DNA of 64,000 nucleotides from Eledone cirrhosa. Its lineage: Eukaryota. The first letter of the stretch is position 1. Each line of letters starts with the position of its first letter. The position numbers and the translations under genes are program-made. Shown one piece after another: positions 40,847-55,173 of the stretch. The stretch spans positions 216,814,001-216,878,000 of the forward strand of contig OZ024740.1 in NCBI GenBank assembly GCA_964016885.1, given 5' to 3'. The notes beneath the pieces were generated by a model that saw only the letters and a list, made by a program, of their open reading frames with translations, was not told the DNA's origin and did no database searches.

Positions 40847-42019
40847 AAGGAAAATAGGGCACCGGTCCCATGTGGGAAATGGCCATGCTCAGTGTGTAGG
40901 AAAGGAGTAGGTAGAAACTCCATTTTATGTCCCAAATGCAAAGTATGGGTACATAAAAGATGTAGCGGGATCACAGGTAAGCTAACTAAGAATATAGATT
41001 TTATATGTGGCCGGTGCTCTGGTGCAATAAGTAGCAGCAAGTGCCCACAGAATACTAACTCATTCCATTGCACAGATGGTTCTATAGAAATAGTGGACAG
41101 CTTCCGTTACCTGGGTGATAAAATCAGCAGTGGGGGAGGGTGCTCTGAAAGTACAGTAGCTAGAGTCAGAACGGGATGAAAAAAGTTCAGAGAGCTTATA
41201 CCACTATTGGCCGCTAAAGGGTTCTCTCTAAAAATGAAAGGCAGGCTGTATGATGCCTGCATACGAACAGCAATGTTACATGGAGGTGAGATCTGGGCAT
41301 TGTGTGCAGAGGATATACGCAGACTGGAGAGAAACGAAGCTTGCATGCTCCGCTGGATGTGTAATAGTAATATACGTGAACGGCAAAGCATAAACGTACT
41401 AAGGGAGAAATTAGAAATAAGAGGGATCAGATGTTGTTTACTCAAGAGAAGACTACGTTGGTATGGTCACGTGATGTGCATGAAAGACGACAGCTGTATA
41501 AAAAAGTGCAGGGCAATAAAAATAGACGGAAGCCACGGAGTAGGCAGACCCAGAAAAACCTGGGACGACTTGATAAATTCCGACCTCACACACTTACACC
41601 TCTCCAAGACAATGTCACTGGACCGAGAGCTTTGGCGCTACACAGTAATAGAGAAGACCCGCCTTACCTAAGTACAAAGTGAAACCTACTACAGTCAGAA
41701 GGCACCACTAACAAAGTACACCCCGTCAATGTAAAGTTATGTTGGTGTCACAACATCCAGCCCGAAACAAATGAGGTCGTGTAGGTGTCACGACAAAAAA
41801 AAACACAGTCCACGCTGTAATGTGGCCGTGTAGGTAACACGGTAAAAATCTCCCAGTCCCACACTGTAAATGTGGTTGGTGTTAGGAAGGGCATCCAGCC
41901 GTAGAAAACCCGCCAGACAGTCCTATGCGAGCAAGACAACCACTCTTGCCTCAAGTGGGAAAACTCCCGTCCAAACCCATGCAAGCGTGGAATATGGACG
42001 TTAAACGATGATGATGATG

Positions 42020-42020
<1 letters not shown>
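40844..42020 (+). mobile_element. 5'-truncated RTE-clade LINE with PHD finger; decayed ORF to 41671 plus ~350-bp 3' UTR
   Basis: KWPCSVCRKGVGRNSILCPKCKVWVHKRCSG..FICGRC (PHD), FRYLG, RLRWYGHV, GRPRKTW; in-frame TGA at 41177; (GAT)n tail; (TA)n on both sides. Confidence 0.92.
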
Positions 42021-42053
<33 letters not shown>

Positions 42054-42273
42054 AAGTTCAAATGTATGTAGAGAATTATATATGATAGTATATAATAAAT
42101 ATATATATATATATAACAAAGGAAATGTGGTAAGGAACCAGATGGACCATAACGCACCAAAGTACTCAATACTTAGGGTAGTATATATATATATATATAT
42201 AGATGATGATGATTATATATACATAGAGAGAAAGAGAGTTTAGTGATTCAAACATCATTAAGCTAACAGAATT

Positions 42274-42352
42274 CTGATGAGCTTTTGATTCCAGAGTCAG
42301 GCCCGATTAATTGAGATCAAACCACGAGCTGATCAATTGCAAAGAGCGTGTC
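42274..42352 (+). ncRNA. Hammerhead remnant, long-stem-II subfamily
   Basis: CTGATGA-gc..60 nt..gc-AAAG-agcgtg-TC; stem II domain aligns with 31428-31488. Confidence 0.55.
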
Positions 42353-45300
42353 ACGCCTGAATAAACTTAATGAAAATGTGACACCTCATCCATACTTATT
42401 GTTAACATATATATATATATATATATATACCATATATACAGTAAGCACCACCCAACCTCACCCTCCCATACATATTTCAAAGTGGTCGTGTAGGCATCAT
42501 GCCAAAAAGCACCCAGTCCACATTGTAAAGTGGTTGTGGAGGTATCACGACAAAAATCACCCAGTACTCACTGTGAGTTTGGTGCTAGAAAGGGCAGCCA
42601 GACATGGTCACCTGACCTAACATTGTCCACAACCGGACAACTCATCTAATCTATGCCAGGGTGGAAAAATTGATGCAAAATGATGATGATGATGTGTGTA
42701 TCTTTGTGTTTCATATAGTTTCTTGTGTAGATGAAACAATGATAAAGCCTTTACTTCACGATTACATTTTCCTAATGAATGTTTTACTGAAAAGTGTCTG
42801 CTTCTATTGCAATCTAATACTATTTGCCAGTTGTATCACCTGGCAAGAGGGCCAGGACTTGAACTCAGAGCATAGTAAACCAGAACAAATATCAAGGGAG
42901 ACCATCATATAGTTCTCTTAGAGTCCTATGTTACCACCTGCTTATGTTTTGAGCCCAATGAAGCAAGGATTTCTGTTCTCTTTCATATAGTAGGATTGGT
43001 TGTATTGTAGTTTAGAAGAGTCTTACTTTGGAAGAATTTGGTAGGTTGGAAAGCCAGATAGTGTCAATATTATTGCATGCTGACCTTACCTGGGCTTTAT
43101 TAGTGTTAAAAATATTTCCAGAGTTCATGATCCAAGAACCAAAAGTACTTAAAATCAGTAGCTTTCTTTATTTCACTTCCATCTGGGTCTTTGAGGGTGG
43201 TTTAAACAGATGAATTTGTGATGTACTCAGTCATACTTTCATTGAAATGAAGACTAACAAGAACAGCTGCTTCTTGGAGAGCCATGAGAAGGTGTTGGGT
43301 ACAGAAAACGTGTGATTACTAAAATAATGTAATCGTTGTAAAACATATACTGGTATCTGTTTTGTAGGATGCAAATATCTGATACTAATTCTGGAATAGA
43401 GTGAAATAATTTATTATATATCAAAAAGGAACTGTAACTTGTAATACAACTTTCACATAGACTCTGATTATAACTATCAGGCTTGTAGCACATGTGGTTA
43501 TCATTTTCTTGTATAAAATATATTGTATATATATTTGTATTTGTTTTGTTCTTGCACTAGCTTCAGTCATCAGACTGTGACCATGCTGTGGTTTTCACCT
43601 ATTCAAAACATTAATTTGGCAAAGACTGCTTACCTCCCTTACTTGCTTTATCTTCATTCCAACAGACGAAAATTCTGTTTTCTTATTCCATGTGGCATTA
43701 TTCAAGTTAAAACAATGAGTTAACCTATGCTTTTTGAATGAAATTTGGTATGCGAAAACTGTGTAGAAGCCCTCCATATATGTGTGTCTGTGTTTGTGTG
43801 TGTTTACATTTAATGTTTCTTTATGTTTCACAAGTTAGTTGTTCAGTGAAAAGTACCAAACTGGAAACAATACTAACTGGTGTTCATATGATCAACTAAA
43901 TCACTTCAAGACAGTGCCTTTGTATGGTCACAGACAAATGCCTGAAACCAGTAAAAGAATAGAAGAATGAAGTATTGAAAATGATAAACAACTCAACTAT
44001 ATAGCCATCTCTGTTGTAATGGACAACTTCATGTATTAACACTTTTATTATATTTCTAATGAAATATACTGCCTATGATTTTTAATAAATTTCAAAAATA
44101 ATCATATCTCATTTATTAAGTTGATATTTAGAACATAATTTAAGAAAAGGTTCTTAGAATAAAATTATCAATAGTTTAAATTTAAACCTAAACAATAATA
44201 GAATGTTGTAGTTTGCTTGAAGCAGTGTGTATAATGTAGAAAATGTTTTGTTTTAGGGCAGCTAAGACAGTGTGAAATGGAGAGTAAAATTTAGTTTAAA
44301 TGAAAGCAACAAAGAAGTTTGTGTTACCTGTATATTTTTAATCATTTTCAAATAGACATTGTTACTTGACAATCTGATCAAATACCTATCAGAGATAGGA
44401 AGCAGTGGAGGTCAACCAAGGAGGGGTTCCTCCAACAAGTGCGAGAAGGCCCTGGATTAGGATTGTTACCTAACCATTGTGTCTTTTACACAGTGACCAT
44501 GTAAAATATGTGAGGTTTTATATGTTACCTTTATTTTACCACTCTTGCAAAGTTGAAATACAATGTTGACCGCAACTGTACTTTATTCTGTCAAACCTGG
44601 AAAGTTGAAAAGCAATGTTGACCCCAACAGAATTTGAACTCAGAATTTCAAAAGTTGGAAAAATCACAGCAATGTTCTAATGACTGAGCATTTTATTGAT
44701 TCAACTTTTAAAAATAAAAATTAATTTATCAATGTTTCTTCTCAAGTATTCTATTAATCTATCTTCAATTAGATCAAATTTATTTTAAAATTTATCTGAT
44801 AAATAACAAATTACAGTTTATATATTTTTCCTCATAACTATGCGTGTGTATATATATTTTATGTCACTTTCAATTTAATCCTCTTGTGAATTTGTATGCT
44901 GTAAATATAAATTTAATATTTAATAGCTGTTTCACAACATTTTTGTTGCTAATTCAATGAGCTTTTTGGTTATTATCAAACTCTTTTCTTTCATAATAGT
45001 CAACATTATATTATTTTCATTATCTACAGTGAATTGGAGATGGGGTACACAGTTTTTTTTTTTATCATAAACAGATTGTCTCTGTATGTATATATATATA
45101 TATATATATATACACACGTGTGTGTATGTATGTATATATATACTTGTGTGTATGTATATATGTGAGTGTATGTATGTATATATACATACATACACACACG
45201 CATGTGTGTTTATGTGTATATGTGTGTGTGTATGTATTTTTTTTTTATTTATTATCCTATGAAAATTTGACACTGTTGTTTCTGCAAACCTGCCCTATTT

Positions 45301-46537
45301 ATGAGAAAAGGTTTGTACTGTGATGTTTAGTACATATATCTTGAAGGACGGATATTATTGTTATTGTTACTGTTATTATTATTAGTGTTGTTGTTGTGTT
45401 TTTAATGTGCTGCAGTGTGTGGCAGTGTACTGAGGTCATATTTAGACTAAAGTCTCCCCCCCCCCCCTCTCTCTCTCTCTGCCTGCTGTTTATACATCAG
45501 ATTCTTGTTTATGCTTTGCTATATAATAATTCCTTCCCTTTTCCATCATCATACACTCTCCCCAAACTAGAAAACATTATTTGTATGGTAAAAAGTAGTC
45601 AATAGCAAACAGGAAATCACACCTGTGTGAGAGATGGGACAAGAAAAACAGCATCAAACAAATTGTAGCAAAAAGAAAAAAAAAAATCAAAAATCAAACT
45701 AAAAAAAAATCAAAAATGCATACAAATCACCTTATTTTTGCTTTTCTTGTAAAAGCAACCTTTATTTTTTGCTTTATTTTTACTTTACATTTCCTCATCC
45801 TCACTTGGCTTGCTGCTTCTTTGGCCTCATTTTGTTGTTGTTGTTGTTTTCTCTCTCACCACCACCTTCGGCCTCAAGCAGATGCAATCTTTTATTATTA
45901 TTATTATTTTCATTTTTTTTTTATATCTAATTAATTTTTCTGTTTTTGATTTGTTTAATTTTTTTCTTGTTTATTTTATTTTCACTGTTGATAATGAATT
46001 TATTACACATGAAATTTAAATGCGGGGGAGGGGGGGGGGTTGTACTTGATAAGAAAATAATTTGACAGGATTCTATTATGTAGTAATATTTACTATACTA
46101 AATTGTCTTTCACACTATCAATGGTGTTGCTTTTATGTATTTAGTCAATAGATTTACCTAATATTATATAGCATGTTTAATATAGCCAGTTAAGATGATA
46201 TTAGGAATGAATTTGATATACTTTACTTCTTTCTTATTACTTAATCTATTAATACATTTAATATTCACTACTAGAGTCTCTTCTTATTGATATAAGAATA
46301 TTTCATTCACTTACAAAAGATATCAGTAAATAAAGAGATGTCAGAGGAATGACTTTATTTTTCAGTTAAATTTCAAATGGATTTAATAAATATACTTAGG
46401 AGCAGGTTTGGCTGTGTGGTTAAACAGTTTGCTTCATTATCAACTGGTTTTAGGTTCAGACCTGTGGGGCTCCTTGCATAAGTGTATTCTACTGTAGTCT
46501 AGGGTTGGGTGCTCATGATAGTCTGTGATATTGGTGC

Positions 46538-46821
46538 CAGGGTTGGATTTAGACCGTGTGAGGGCCCAGAGCACTTCAGGTTGGGAGGGAGGGAGGTCAT
46601 GCGCAAAGAATTAGAATACACAGCAACCCCTCCCACCAATTTTACATATCAAACTCAGCATGGTGCAAGTAATTGGAATTGAAAAGTTATACATACAGGT
46701 ATTAAATTTAAAAGTCCAACTGAGGGCACTAATAAATTGCTGGTGCCCCCCCCCCCCCCCCCCCTCATCCCAGAAGGGGCCCAGGACAATTGCCACCCTT
46801 TGCCCCATTAAATGCTGCCTT
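46538..46821. mobile_element. hAT-like MITE (uninterrupted copy)
   Basis: CAGGGTTGGATTTAGACC start; body colinear with 33077-33597. Confidence 0.65.
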
Positions 46822-46881
46822 ACTCACCATTATGGTAAAAGTCATTGTGTTCTGATCTCATCTTCATTATTATTTTCATTA

Positions 46882-46993
46882 TCTGAGTTCAAATCCTGCC
46901 GAGGTTAACTTTGCCTTTCATCCTTACGGGGTCGATAAAATAAAGTACCAGTAATGCACTGGGATGATTGCTGGCCTTGTGCCAAAAGTAGAA
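46882..46993 (+). mobile_element. SINE family C, 5'-truncated
   Basis: B box, central block, tail. Confidence 0.8.
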
Positions 46994-47800
46994 TCTTAAT
47001 GTTCCAAACACCAGCTTAATAATAAGAAAGTTTTGGGCAAAGTTGGCCGCCTGCAGGTGCAAGGTGGAGTGGCTGTTTCAGCGTATCTCCCTCCCCATAC
47101 TCGGGGCCATGCATTCTCCATTCTGTTAGCTGGGGCAAGTTAGTTTGTGGTGGAGGATACTAGTTCAGGCGTCACTTAAACACCTAAAGTATATTTACAA
47201 AGTTCCATTAAGATAGGAGACAAATTTTGCTATATTACTGAATCTTTCCAAATTCTTAATCATTTAAAGATCAGAAGCTGTGTTATTCGTTGGAAATGTA
47301 GTAATGACAGGATTAAAACATCCAATCACACAGGGTTGGGGAGATTAATGTAAGATAGCTAAAACAATTATTGAAATAACATATCGGGAGCAGTTTAGGA
47401 ACTGTCTATTATAAATAATGTTTTATACACTAGTCAAAACATTAAAGTTTTCAATACAAAGTAGGCCCAAACCACCGGTTCCATGAAAAAGCCCACCATT
47501 TTATCGGGTTTTTAATTTAAATTATAGTTTAAATTATAGTTTTCCAGCATAGTTTTTATAAATGAATTTTTGGTTATGTTACAAATACCATCTTGATAAT
47601 GAAATAATTAATAAGCTATCCAAATACTTCATGAATTAATTATAATACAAGGTATTTCATTAGAAATATGGCTACAAAAGAGTTAATAACCAATATGCAC
47701 CACTTTGGTAACAATTTCACTTAATATATTCATTTGTGTTTACAATAATTCCCACATATTTCTTGCAATAAACTGGAAATAAGTTGATATAAGTCAATGT

Positions 47801-48791
47801 TGTATGCTACAGTAGCAGTCTAAACTACACAATATCCATGAAATGTATGCTACAGTAGCAGTCTAAACTACACAATATCCATGAAATGTATGCTATAGTA
47901 GCAGTCTAAACCACACAATATCCATGAAATGTATGCTATAGTAGCAGTCTAAACCACACAATATCCATGAAATGTATGCTATAGAAGCAGTCTAAACCAC
48001 ACAATATCCATGAAATGTATGCTATAGAAGCAGTCTAAACCACCCAATATCCATGAAATGTATGCTATAGAAGCAGTCTAAATAAACCACGCAATATCCA
48101 TGAAATGTATGCTAGAGAAGCGGTCTAAACCACACAATATCCATGAAATGTATGCTATAGTAGCAGTCTAAACCACACAATATCCATGAAATGTATGCTA
48201 TAGTAGCAGTCTAAACCACACAATATCCATGAAATGTATGCTACAGTACAAGTCTAAACCACACAATATCCATGAAATGTATGCTATAGTAGCAGTCTAA
48301 ACCACACAATATCCATGAAATGTATGCTATAGTAGCAGTCTAAACCACACAATATCCATGAAATGTATGCTACAGTACAAGTCTAAACCACACAATATCC
48401 ATGAAATGTATGCTATAGTAGCAGTCTAAACTACACAATATCCATGAAAAATGTATGCTATAATACCAGTCTAAACAACACAATATCTATCAAATGTATG
48501 CTATAGTAGCAGTCTAAACCACACAATATCCATGAAATGTATGCTACAGTACAAGTCTAAACCACACAATATCCATGAAATGTATGCTATAGTAGCAGTC
48601 TAAACCACACAATATCCATGAAATGTATGCTATAGTAGCAGTCTAAACAACACAATATCTATCAAATGTATGCTATAGTACAAGTCTAAACCACACAATA
48701 TCCATGAAATGTATGCTATAGTAGCAGTCTAAACTACACAATATCTATCAAATGTATGCTACAGTACAAGTCTAAACCACAATATCTATCA
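47801..48791. repeat. 43-bp tandem satellite, ~23 copies
   Basis: Unit tgtatgctatagtagcagtctaaaccacacaatatccatgaaa, no unique spacers. Confidence 0.95.
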
Positions 48792-49579
48792 CATTTAGTT
48801 TTACATAAGCTTTGTTTATTGTTGTCAACATTGCTTTGTGCTTCTTCATAGTTTTACTCATTATAGCAGTTGCCTGTCATGATGAAGACATGTCACTCAT
48901 CAGTGATAACACCTTCATGTATAATTTGATTAGTTTGCTGAGTCATCACATCTATTCCAAGTCATGGATTTTTCTTCTTTCTTTTTGATTTTGTTTGCTC
49001 TTCATCCAATCACCCAGTAACTGTTCTAATTCTAATTTTTACATGTCTTTGTTAATTTTACATTATAAATACAGTTGCTCTGCAGTAAAGTTTCTGGTCA
49101 TTCCGACAATCAATTACTATATATATACTATAGTATTTTTATAATTTAATTCCACAAAACTTTTCTGTGAACAATTATAATTTTATAGTCTTCTACACAT
49201 CATTTTTCCCTGCTACATGTTCACTTTATTATATACATTTTTTGGCCCTTGTTTCGAATTAAAATTCTACAGGATTTGGCCATGCAGGTTTTTTAAAAAA
49301 CTATATATATATATATAAATGAAAAGTATAGAAATTATTGTAGCAAGAAGCCAACAGTATTCCATAATATATAAGTGACTATAGCGTCAAAATGGAAAAA
49401 TAGTTAACGTAAGATGTGGGAAAATGATTCAAACTCAATTCAAAAAGAATCAGGATATAGATTCATCCACAGAATTTGGTGAAATCCAGGGAAAAATCAA
49501 TAGAGCCTTAACTCAGAGTAATATAAAGTTTAAAATACTCATCCTTCAATTTGGAAAAACTACAAATGCTCTGTATAGT

Positions 49580-49653
<74 letters not shown>

Positions 49654-49930
49654 AAAATACTTTTTCCTATTACCCACTCTACTACCCTAAGTATGGAGTA
49701 CTCTGATGCGTTATGGTCCATCTGGTTCCTTACCACAACTCCTTTGTTATATATATATATATATATATATATTATCAGAATCATAACCATTTAACATGCA
49801 TTTTCAACACTACCATAGCTTAGACAGGTTGTCCCATTATGAGACGAGTCAGATCAGATGACCGAGTCTTGCTCACTCAGAACCATTTCTGGTTTGCTTT
49901 CTACAGCTGGATACCCTTTCTAACACCAAC

Positions 49931-49962
<32 letters not shown>

Positions 49963-50207
49963 CATGCACACACACAAATATATTGGCAGTCAATTGACAA
50001 GATCCCAGACCTCATTTGCATAACGAGTGGGGTGGAGCTTATCAAATTGGACCAAGGAAACAATGTTTCCATTAGTCTTTCCAATTGCTAATACTATCTG
50101 TCAGTCGCAGATCCAGGCAGAAGGAGCAATGTGGAATAAAGTGTCTCGCTCAAGGACATAATGCATCACCTGGTCAGGGAATCGAAATGACAAACTCATG
50201 ATATATA

Positions 50208-50285
50208 TTGGGTCGTCAAGTATGAAATTTATAGAAATTTGTAGAAAAAAACAAATTTCTACAAATTTCACACTTGACGACCCAA
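50208..50285. mobile_element. 78-bp mariner-like mini-MITE
   Basis: TA|TTGGGTCGTCAAGT.TGAAATTT ... AAATTTCA.ACTTGACGACCCAA|TA. Confidence 0.7.
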
Positions 50286-50969
50286 TATATATATACATAT
50301 ATATATGTATGCATTTTCTAATTTACCATTCCATCCTCAGGTCCTGCAAGGTCTGTAATCTACCACAAATTCAAAAATTTTTTTTTTGTAATATAATAAG
50401 CATCCAGATGTGTTTTAATCATATTACAACAGTCACCGTTTCTTATTCCATTACACTTAAATTTCTGTCTTTCTCAATCTTTCCTCCTCCCTCATGTGCC
50501 TTACTTTATCTATTTAGTCCCTTCTTTATATTTATTGTTACTTAGTGGATTCCTTTTCACAAATATCTCATCAAGTATCTCAGTATCTTGAATTGTTGAT
50601 TCTTCTTCAAATGTTATAAATATTGCTTTCATACCAGCTCACAATGGAACTACATCTTGTTATACAAAAATTTGATACGTATTAGTAATAAACAGATTGT
50701 TAAAGTGATCATTCAAAATAAAGCAGTTAAGAAACTTTAGTCTCATCTCTCAGTAACTGATGCTGATAATTTAATAGTATTGATGATGATGATGATGATG
50801 GTAATAGTAACACTAATAACTAGTGTTGCTAGCTACACCTCACCAAGACGGTTATTATTACCACCAACTATGGCTTCAAGATCTACGACATACCTTTCTG
50901 TATATAAGTAAATTTACATTAAATGATAGATATATGTACATTAACACCTGTATGCCTGTATATATATAT

Positions 50970-51324
50970 ATATATATACATACACACATGCATAGGTATA
51001 TATGTACAAACATACACACACATTGGTGTATATGTATATATATATATAGAGAGAGAGATACATATATATATGAAATTAGTGTTCCTCCTATATATATACA
51101 TACACACATGCATAGGTATATATGTACAAACATACACACACATTGGTGTATATGTATATATATATATATAGAGAGATATACATATATATATAAAATTAGT
51201 GTTCCTCCTATATATATACATACACACATGCATAGGTATATATGTACATACATACACACACATTGGTGTATATGTATATATATATAGAGAGAGAGATACA
51301 TATATATATAAAATTAGTGTTCCT

Positions 51325-51376
<52 letters not shown>

Positions 51377-51392
51377 ACATTAGTGTTCCTCC

Positions 51393-51452
<60 letters not shown>

Positions 51453-51465
51453 ACATTAGTGTTCC
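50970..51465. repeat. ~120-bp tandem repeat (3 full units plus decayed partial units) built on microsatellites
   Basis: catacacacatgcataggtat...attagtgttcctcc repeated with ~120-bp period. Confidence 0.85.
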
Positions 51466-52012
51466 ATCTACTAAAGCAGTTGGAGATATTTGTCACAGTA
51501 CAATAAAATGGTCTCACCTATAATTTTGCCATAGTAACAAGGTGACTAGCTATTTTATTAATATTATACTAAGAGAGAAAAGGTTATCAACTGAATATTG
51601 CAATGGTATCAGATCCAAGAAGTTACTATTGCATGAATATCATCATTATCATCCTTTTTACAGCCATTTTTACATGTTTGCATGGCTTGCTGTCTTTATA
51701 TATCTATAGATGTTTATATACATAAATATGTTCATGTTTGTATATATGAATATATACAGGATTGAGATATGTGGTGTTATGCAGTAATACAGAAGACACA
51801 CCTTCACATGTACTCGAACTCAAACATACATCTAGTAGGCATCTCTTAAACACTATACCCCTTTCCATACACCACACATGTCCCAACTCCCACCCACCCG
51901 CTTCTCTCCACACCACTGTTACACAGTAAATGTGGTTGGCATCAGCAAGCAGATCCAGCCGTAAGTAGGCACCATGACATCATAGGCCCATGCCAACTAG
52001 ACTGCTTGCCTT

Positions 52013-52326
52013 ATAATAATTGTTTCTACTTTTAGCACAAGGCCAGCAATAACCGAGTACATTACTGGTACTTTATTTTATTGACCTCGTAAGGATGAAA
52101 GGCAAAGTTAACCTCGACGGGATTTGATTTCAGACCATAAAGGGATGTAACTATGCTAGAAAGCATGGCGTCCGACCCTCTACCGATACTGCCAATCCAC
52201 CGCCCTTGCCTGCCTTATAATAATTGTTTCTACTTTAGGCACAGGGCCAGCAATTACCCAGTGCATTACTGATACTTTATTCTATCGACCCCCGTAAGGA
52301 TGAAAGGCAAAGTCAACCTTGGCGGG
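52013..52326 (-). mobile_element. Two tandem family C SINEs
   Basis: Each preceded by tgccttataataat. Confidence 0.8.
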
Positions 52327-52652
52327 TTGACTTTGCCTTTCATCCTTACAGAGTTGTATAAGGATTTAGATTGATATCTAATGACTTTGTTCTTGTTGCT
52401 TACAAGTTACTCAACAAGTTGGAGAACACACATAGGATTGTAAGGCAACATTCCCAGCCAGACGCCATAACCATGAAATCAGAGTGGAATTATTATTTTA
52501 ACAGTTTAACATATGAAATCGTTAACTGCCAGTATCTTCCTTTGTTAGCACACAAAAAGCTGCTGGAATACAAAAATCCACTATATATATATATCCCGTT
52601 AAGGGTGAAAGCAGTAATTCTTTGCTTAAACTTTAATCTGTTATTTTAATAA

Positions 52653-52706
<54 letters not shown>

Positions 52707-52750
52707 AGTGACGAAACATAAGTCAATTGCATGAACTTATAATCCTTTAT

Positions 52751-52810
52751 TTACTCCTATATATATTTCGATGATAGCCATTGAATGGCTATGACCTCAT
52801 CAGGCAGTTA
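52751..52810 (-). ncRNA. Type I hammerhead ribozyme, intact core
   Basis: Minus: taactgc-CTGATGA-ggtc-atagccat-tca-atggctat-catc-GAAA-tatata-TA|ggagtaa; strong stem II, imperfect stem I. Confidence 0.75.
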
Positions 52811-52905
52811 GTCAGTTCTTAGATATGCCAGCTCTGTGTTTATAGTGTTGATGGTATCAGAGCCTTGGGACATATATATATACATATATATATATACATA
52901 TATAC

Positions 52906-52941
<36 letters not shown>

Positions 52942-53124
52942 GTGTGTGTATATGTATGTATATATATATATATGTGTGTGTGTGTATATGTATATATATA
53001 TGTATATGTGTATATATATATATATGTATATGTGTATATATATATATAAATATATGTATATGTATGTTTATGTATATATATGTATATGTATATATATATG
53101 TATATGTATGTTTATGTATATATA

Positions 53125-53461
53125 TCATCATCATCATCATCATTTTACGTCCACTTTTCCATGCTTGCAAGGGTGGGACGGGAACTGATTCTGGCTTGAT
53201 TTCTAGAGCTGGATGCCCTTCCTAACACCAACATCATTCACACTGAGCACTGGGTGCTTTTTTGCCGTGGCACCTCCACGACCACTTTGCGGTGGAATGA
53301 TATGGATCCCAGTCCCTATCATCTCATTTCTATAGCTGAGTAAACTGGGGCAATGTGAAATAAAGTGTCTTGCTCAAGGAAACAACACATCACCTTGAGC
53401 AACACACTTTATTTCACATTGCTCCAGTTTACTCAGCTGTAGAAATGAGATGATAGGGACT
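53125..53461 (-). mobile_element. SINE family B with fold-back inverted duplication
   Basis: 53311-53379 repeated inverted at 53393-53461. Confidence 0.8.
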
Positions 53462-54241
53462 GTATGTATATATATAAGTATGTATATATATATATGTATG
53501 TATATATATATATGTATGTATATATATATGTGTATGTATATATATGTATGTATGTATATATATGTATGTATGTATATATATATATATGTATGTATATATA
53601 TATATGAATGTATATATATATATGTATGTATATATATGTATATGTATATATATGTATATATATATGTATATATATGTATGTGTATATATATATGTATATA
53701 TATGTATGTGTATATATATATGTATATATATATGTATATATATATATGTATGTGTATATATATATGTATATATATATATGTATGTGTATATATATATGTA
53801 TATATATATGTATATATATGTATATATGTATATATATATATGTTTATGTATATGTATATATATGTTTATGTATATATATGTATATGTATACATATATGTA
53901 TATATGTATATGTATACATATATGTATATATGTATATTTATATATGTATATATATATATATGTATATATGTATATGTATATATGTATATGTATATATATT
54001 TATGTATGTATATATATATGTATATATATGTGTGTATATATATATGTGTATATATATGTGTGTGTATATATATGTGTGCATGTATGTATATGTACATTAT
54101 ATATAAGCAATGAGTTATTTAATTTGTTGATTATTCAGCAAATTTAATTTATAACAGATCAGAAGCACTCAACAGTTTTCTTCTGGATTATAATATCAAT
54201 AATATTAATAAATGTAAGCTATCTTTATAAAACCATATTTC

Positions 54242-54298
54242 TTTTATTATATATATTTCAAGGGTACCTAAATTTTGGTACGCTCTTATCAGATAAAA
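54242..54298 (-). ncRNA. Type I hammerhead remnant (CUGAUAA, G8 lost)
   Basis: Minus: ttttat-CTGATAA-gagc-gtacc-aaaattta-ggtac-cctt-GAAA-tatata-TA|ataaaa. Confidence 0.65.
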
Positions 54299-54586
54299 TA
54301 CTAAAGTTGGTTTACAGATAGTGACATATTCAGACAAGAACTTAACGTTGTGAGTTCTACTTGAATAGTTAAGAAAAACTTCAAAATACAAGATGAATAT
54401 GCTAATGAGGATAATGTTAAAACTGAAAAAGATCATTGTTTAGACGCTAGGTAAATTTAAATAATTATTAGGATTATTTTTTAATAAGAAAAGGAAATAG
54501 GAGTTATTATTAGAGTGGAAGAAAATTTAAGGAAAGATTTTAATAAAAAAATATATTAAAGCTACTAATAGAATATTTATAGGAAA

Positions 54587-55173
54587 GTACGGCCACACTT
54601 AGAATTTGCATCACCAGTCTGGAACCCCTTTCTTGCTCAGAACATTGACCGCCTGGAAACTGTTCAGAGACGTGCAACCAAGCGAATACCCTCCGTCAGG
54701 CATCTACCATACTCTGAACGCCTTGCTTCCCTGGGCATGGATACATTGAAGCTCCGACACCTGGCAACTGACTTGGTTAACACCCACAAAATTATTAACC
54801 ATCTTGCCAACAACAACCCTGAGTACCTTTTTGATTTCCATGTGGGCATGCCTACAAAGTCAGAAAACAGCACAGTTCCCATGACTTTCGGAAACATTTT
54901 TTCACGCTCAGAGTTGCTGAAGCATGGAACAAACTACCTGCATCAGTTGTTAGCTGTCGAGACACTGCATCCTTTAAAACCTCCATGCTTCTTGAGATTC
55001 GCCAACACTACACCTAATGTTCCCCCTCCATACACATACACACATGTATATCATGACTCATACACTATTCACTTCCCTGACATTTGTATATTATTCTATG
55101 TACTATACATGCACCTTTGACGAGTTGTAGTGCACCTGAGCACTTTACACAATAATTTCATCATTATTATTAT
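54587..55173 (+). mobile_element. CR1-clade LINE 3' fragment
   Basis: VRPHLEFASPVWNP..LETVQRRATKRIP..LPYSERLASLG..(frameshift)GHAYK..RKHFFTLRVAEAWNKLP..SFK; (ATT)n tail. Confidence 0.9.

Noticed and set aside
41177-41179. In-frame TGA in the RTE ORF as programmed readthrough
   Set aside because: Falls at a position normally Trp; simple TGG to TGA decay in a truncated copy
47801-48791. CRISPR-like periodic array
   Set aside because: Units are contiguous with no unique spacers, no cas genes, eukaryotic context; ordinary satellite
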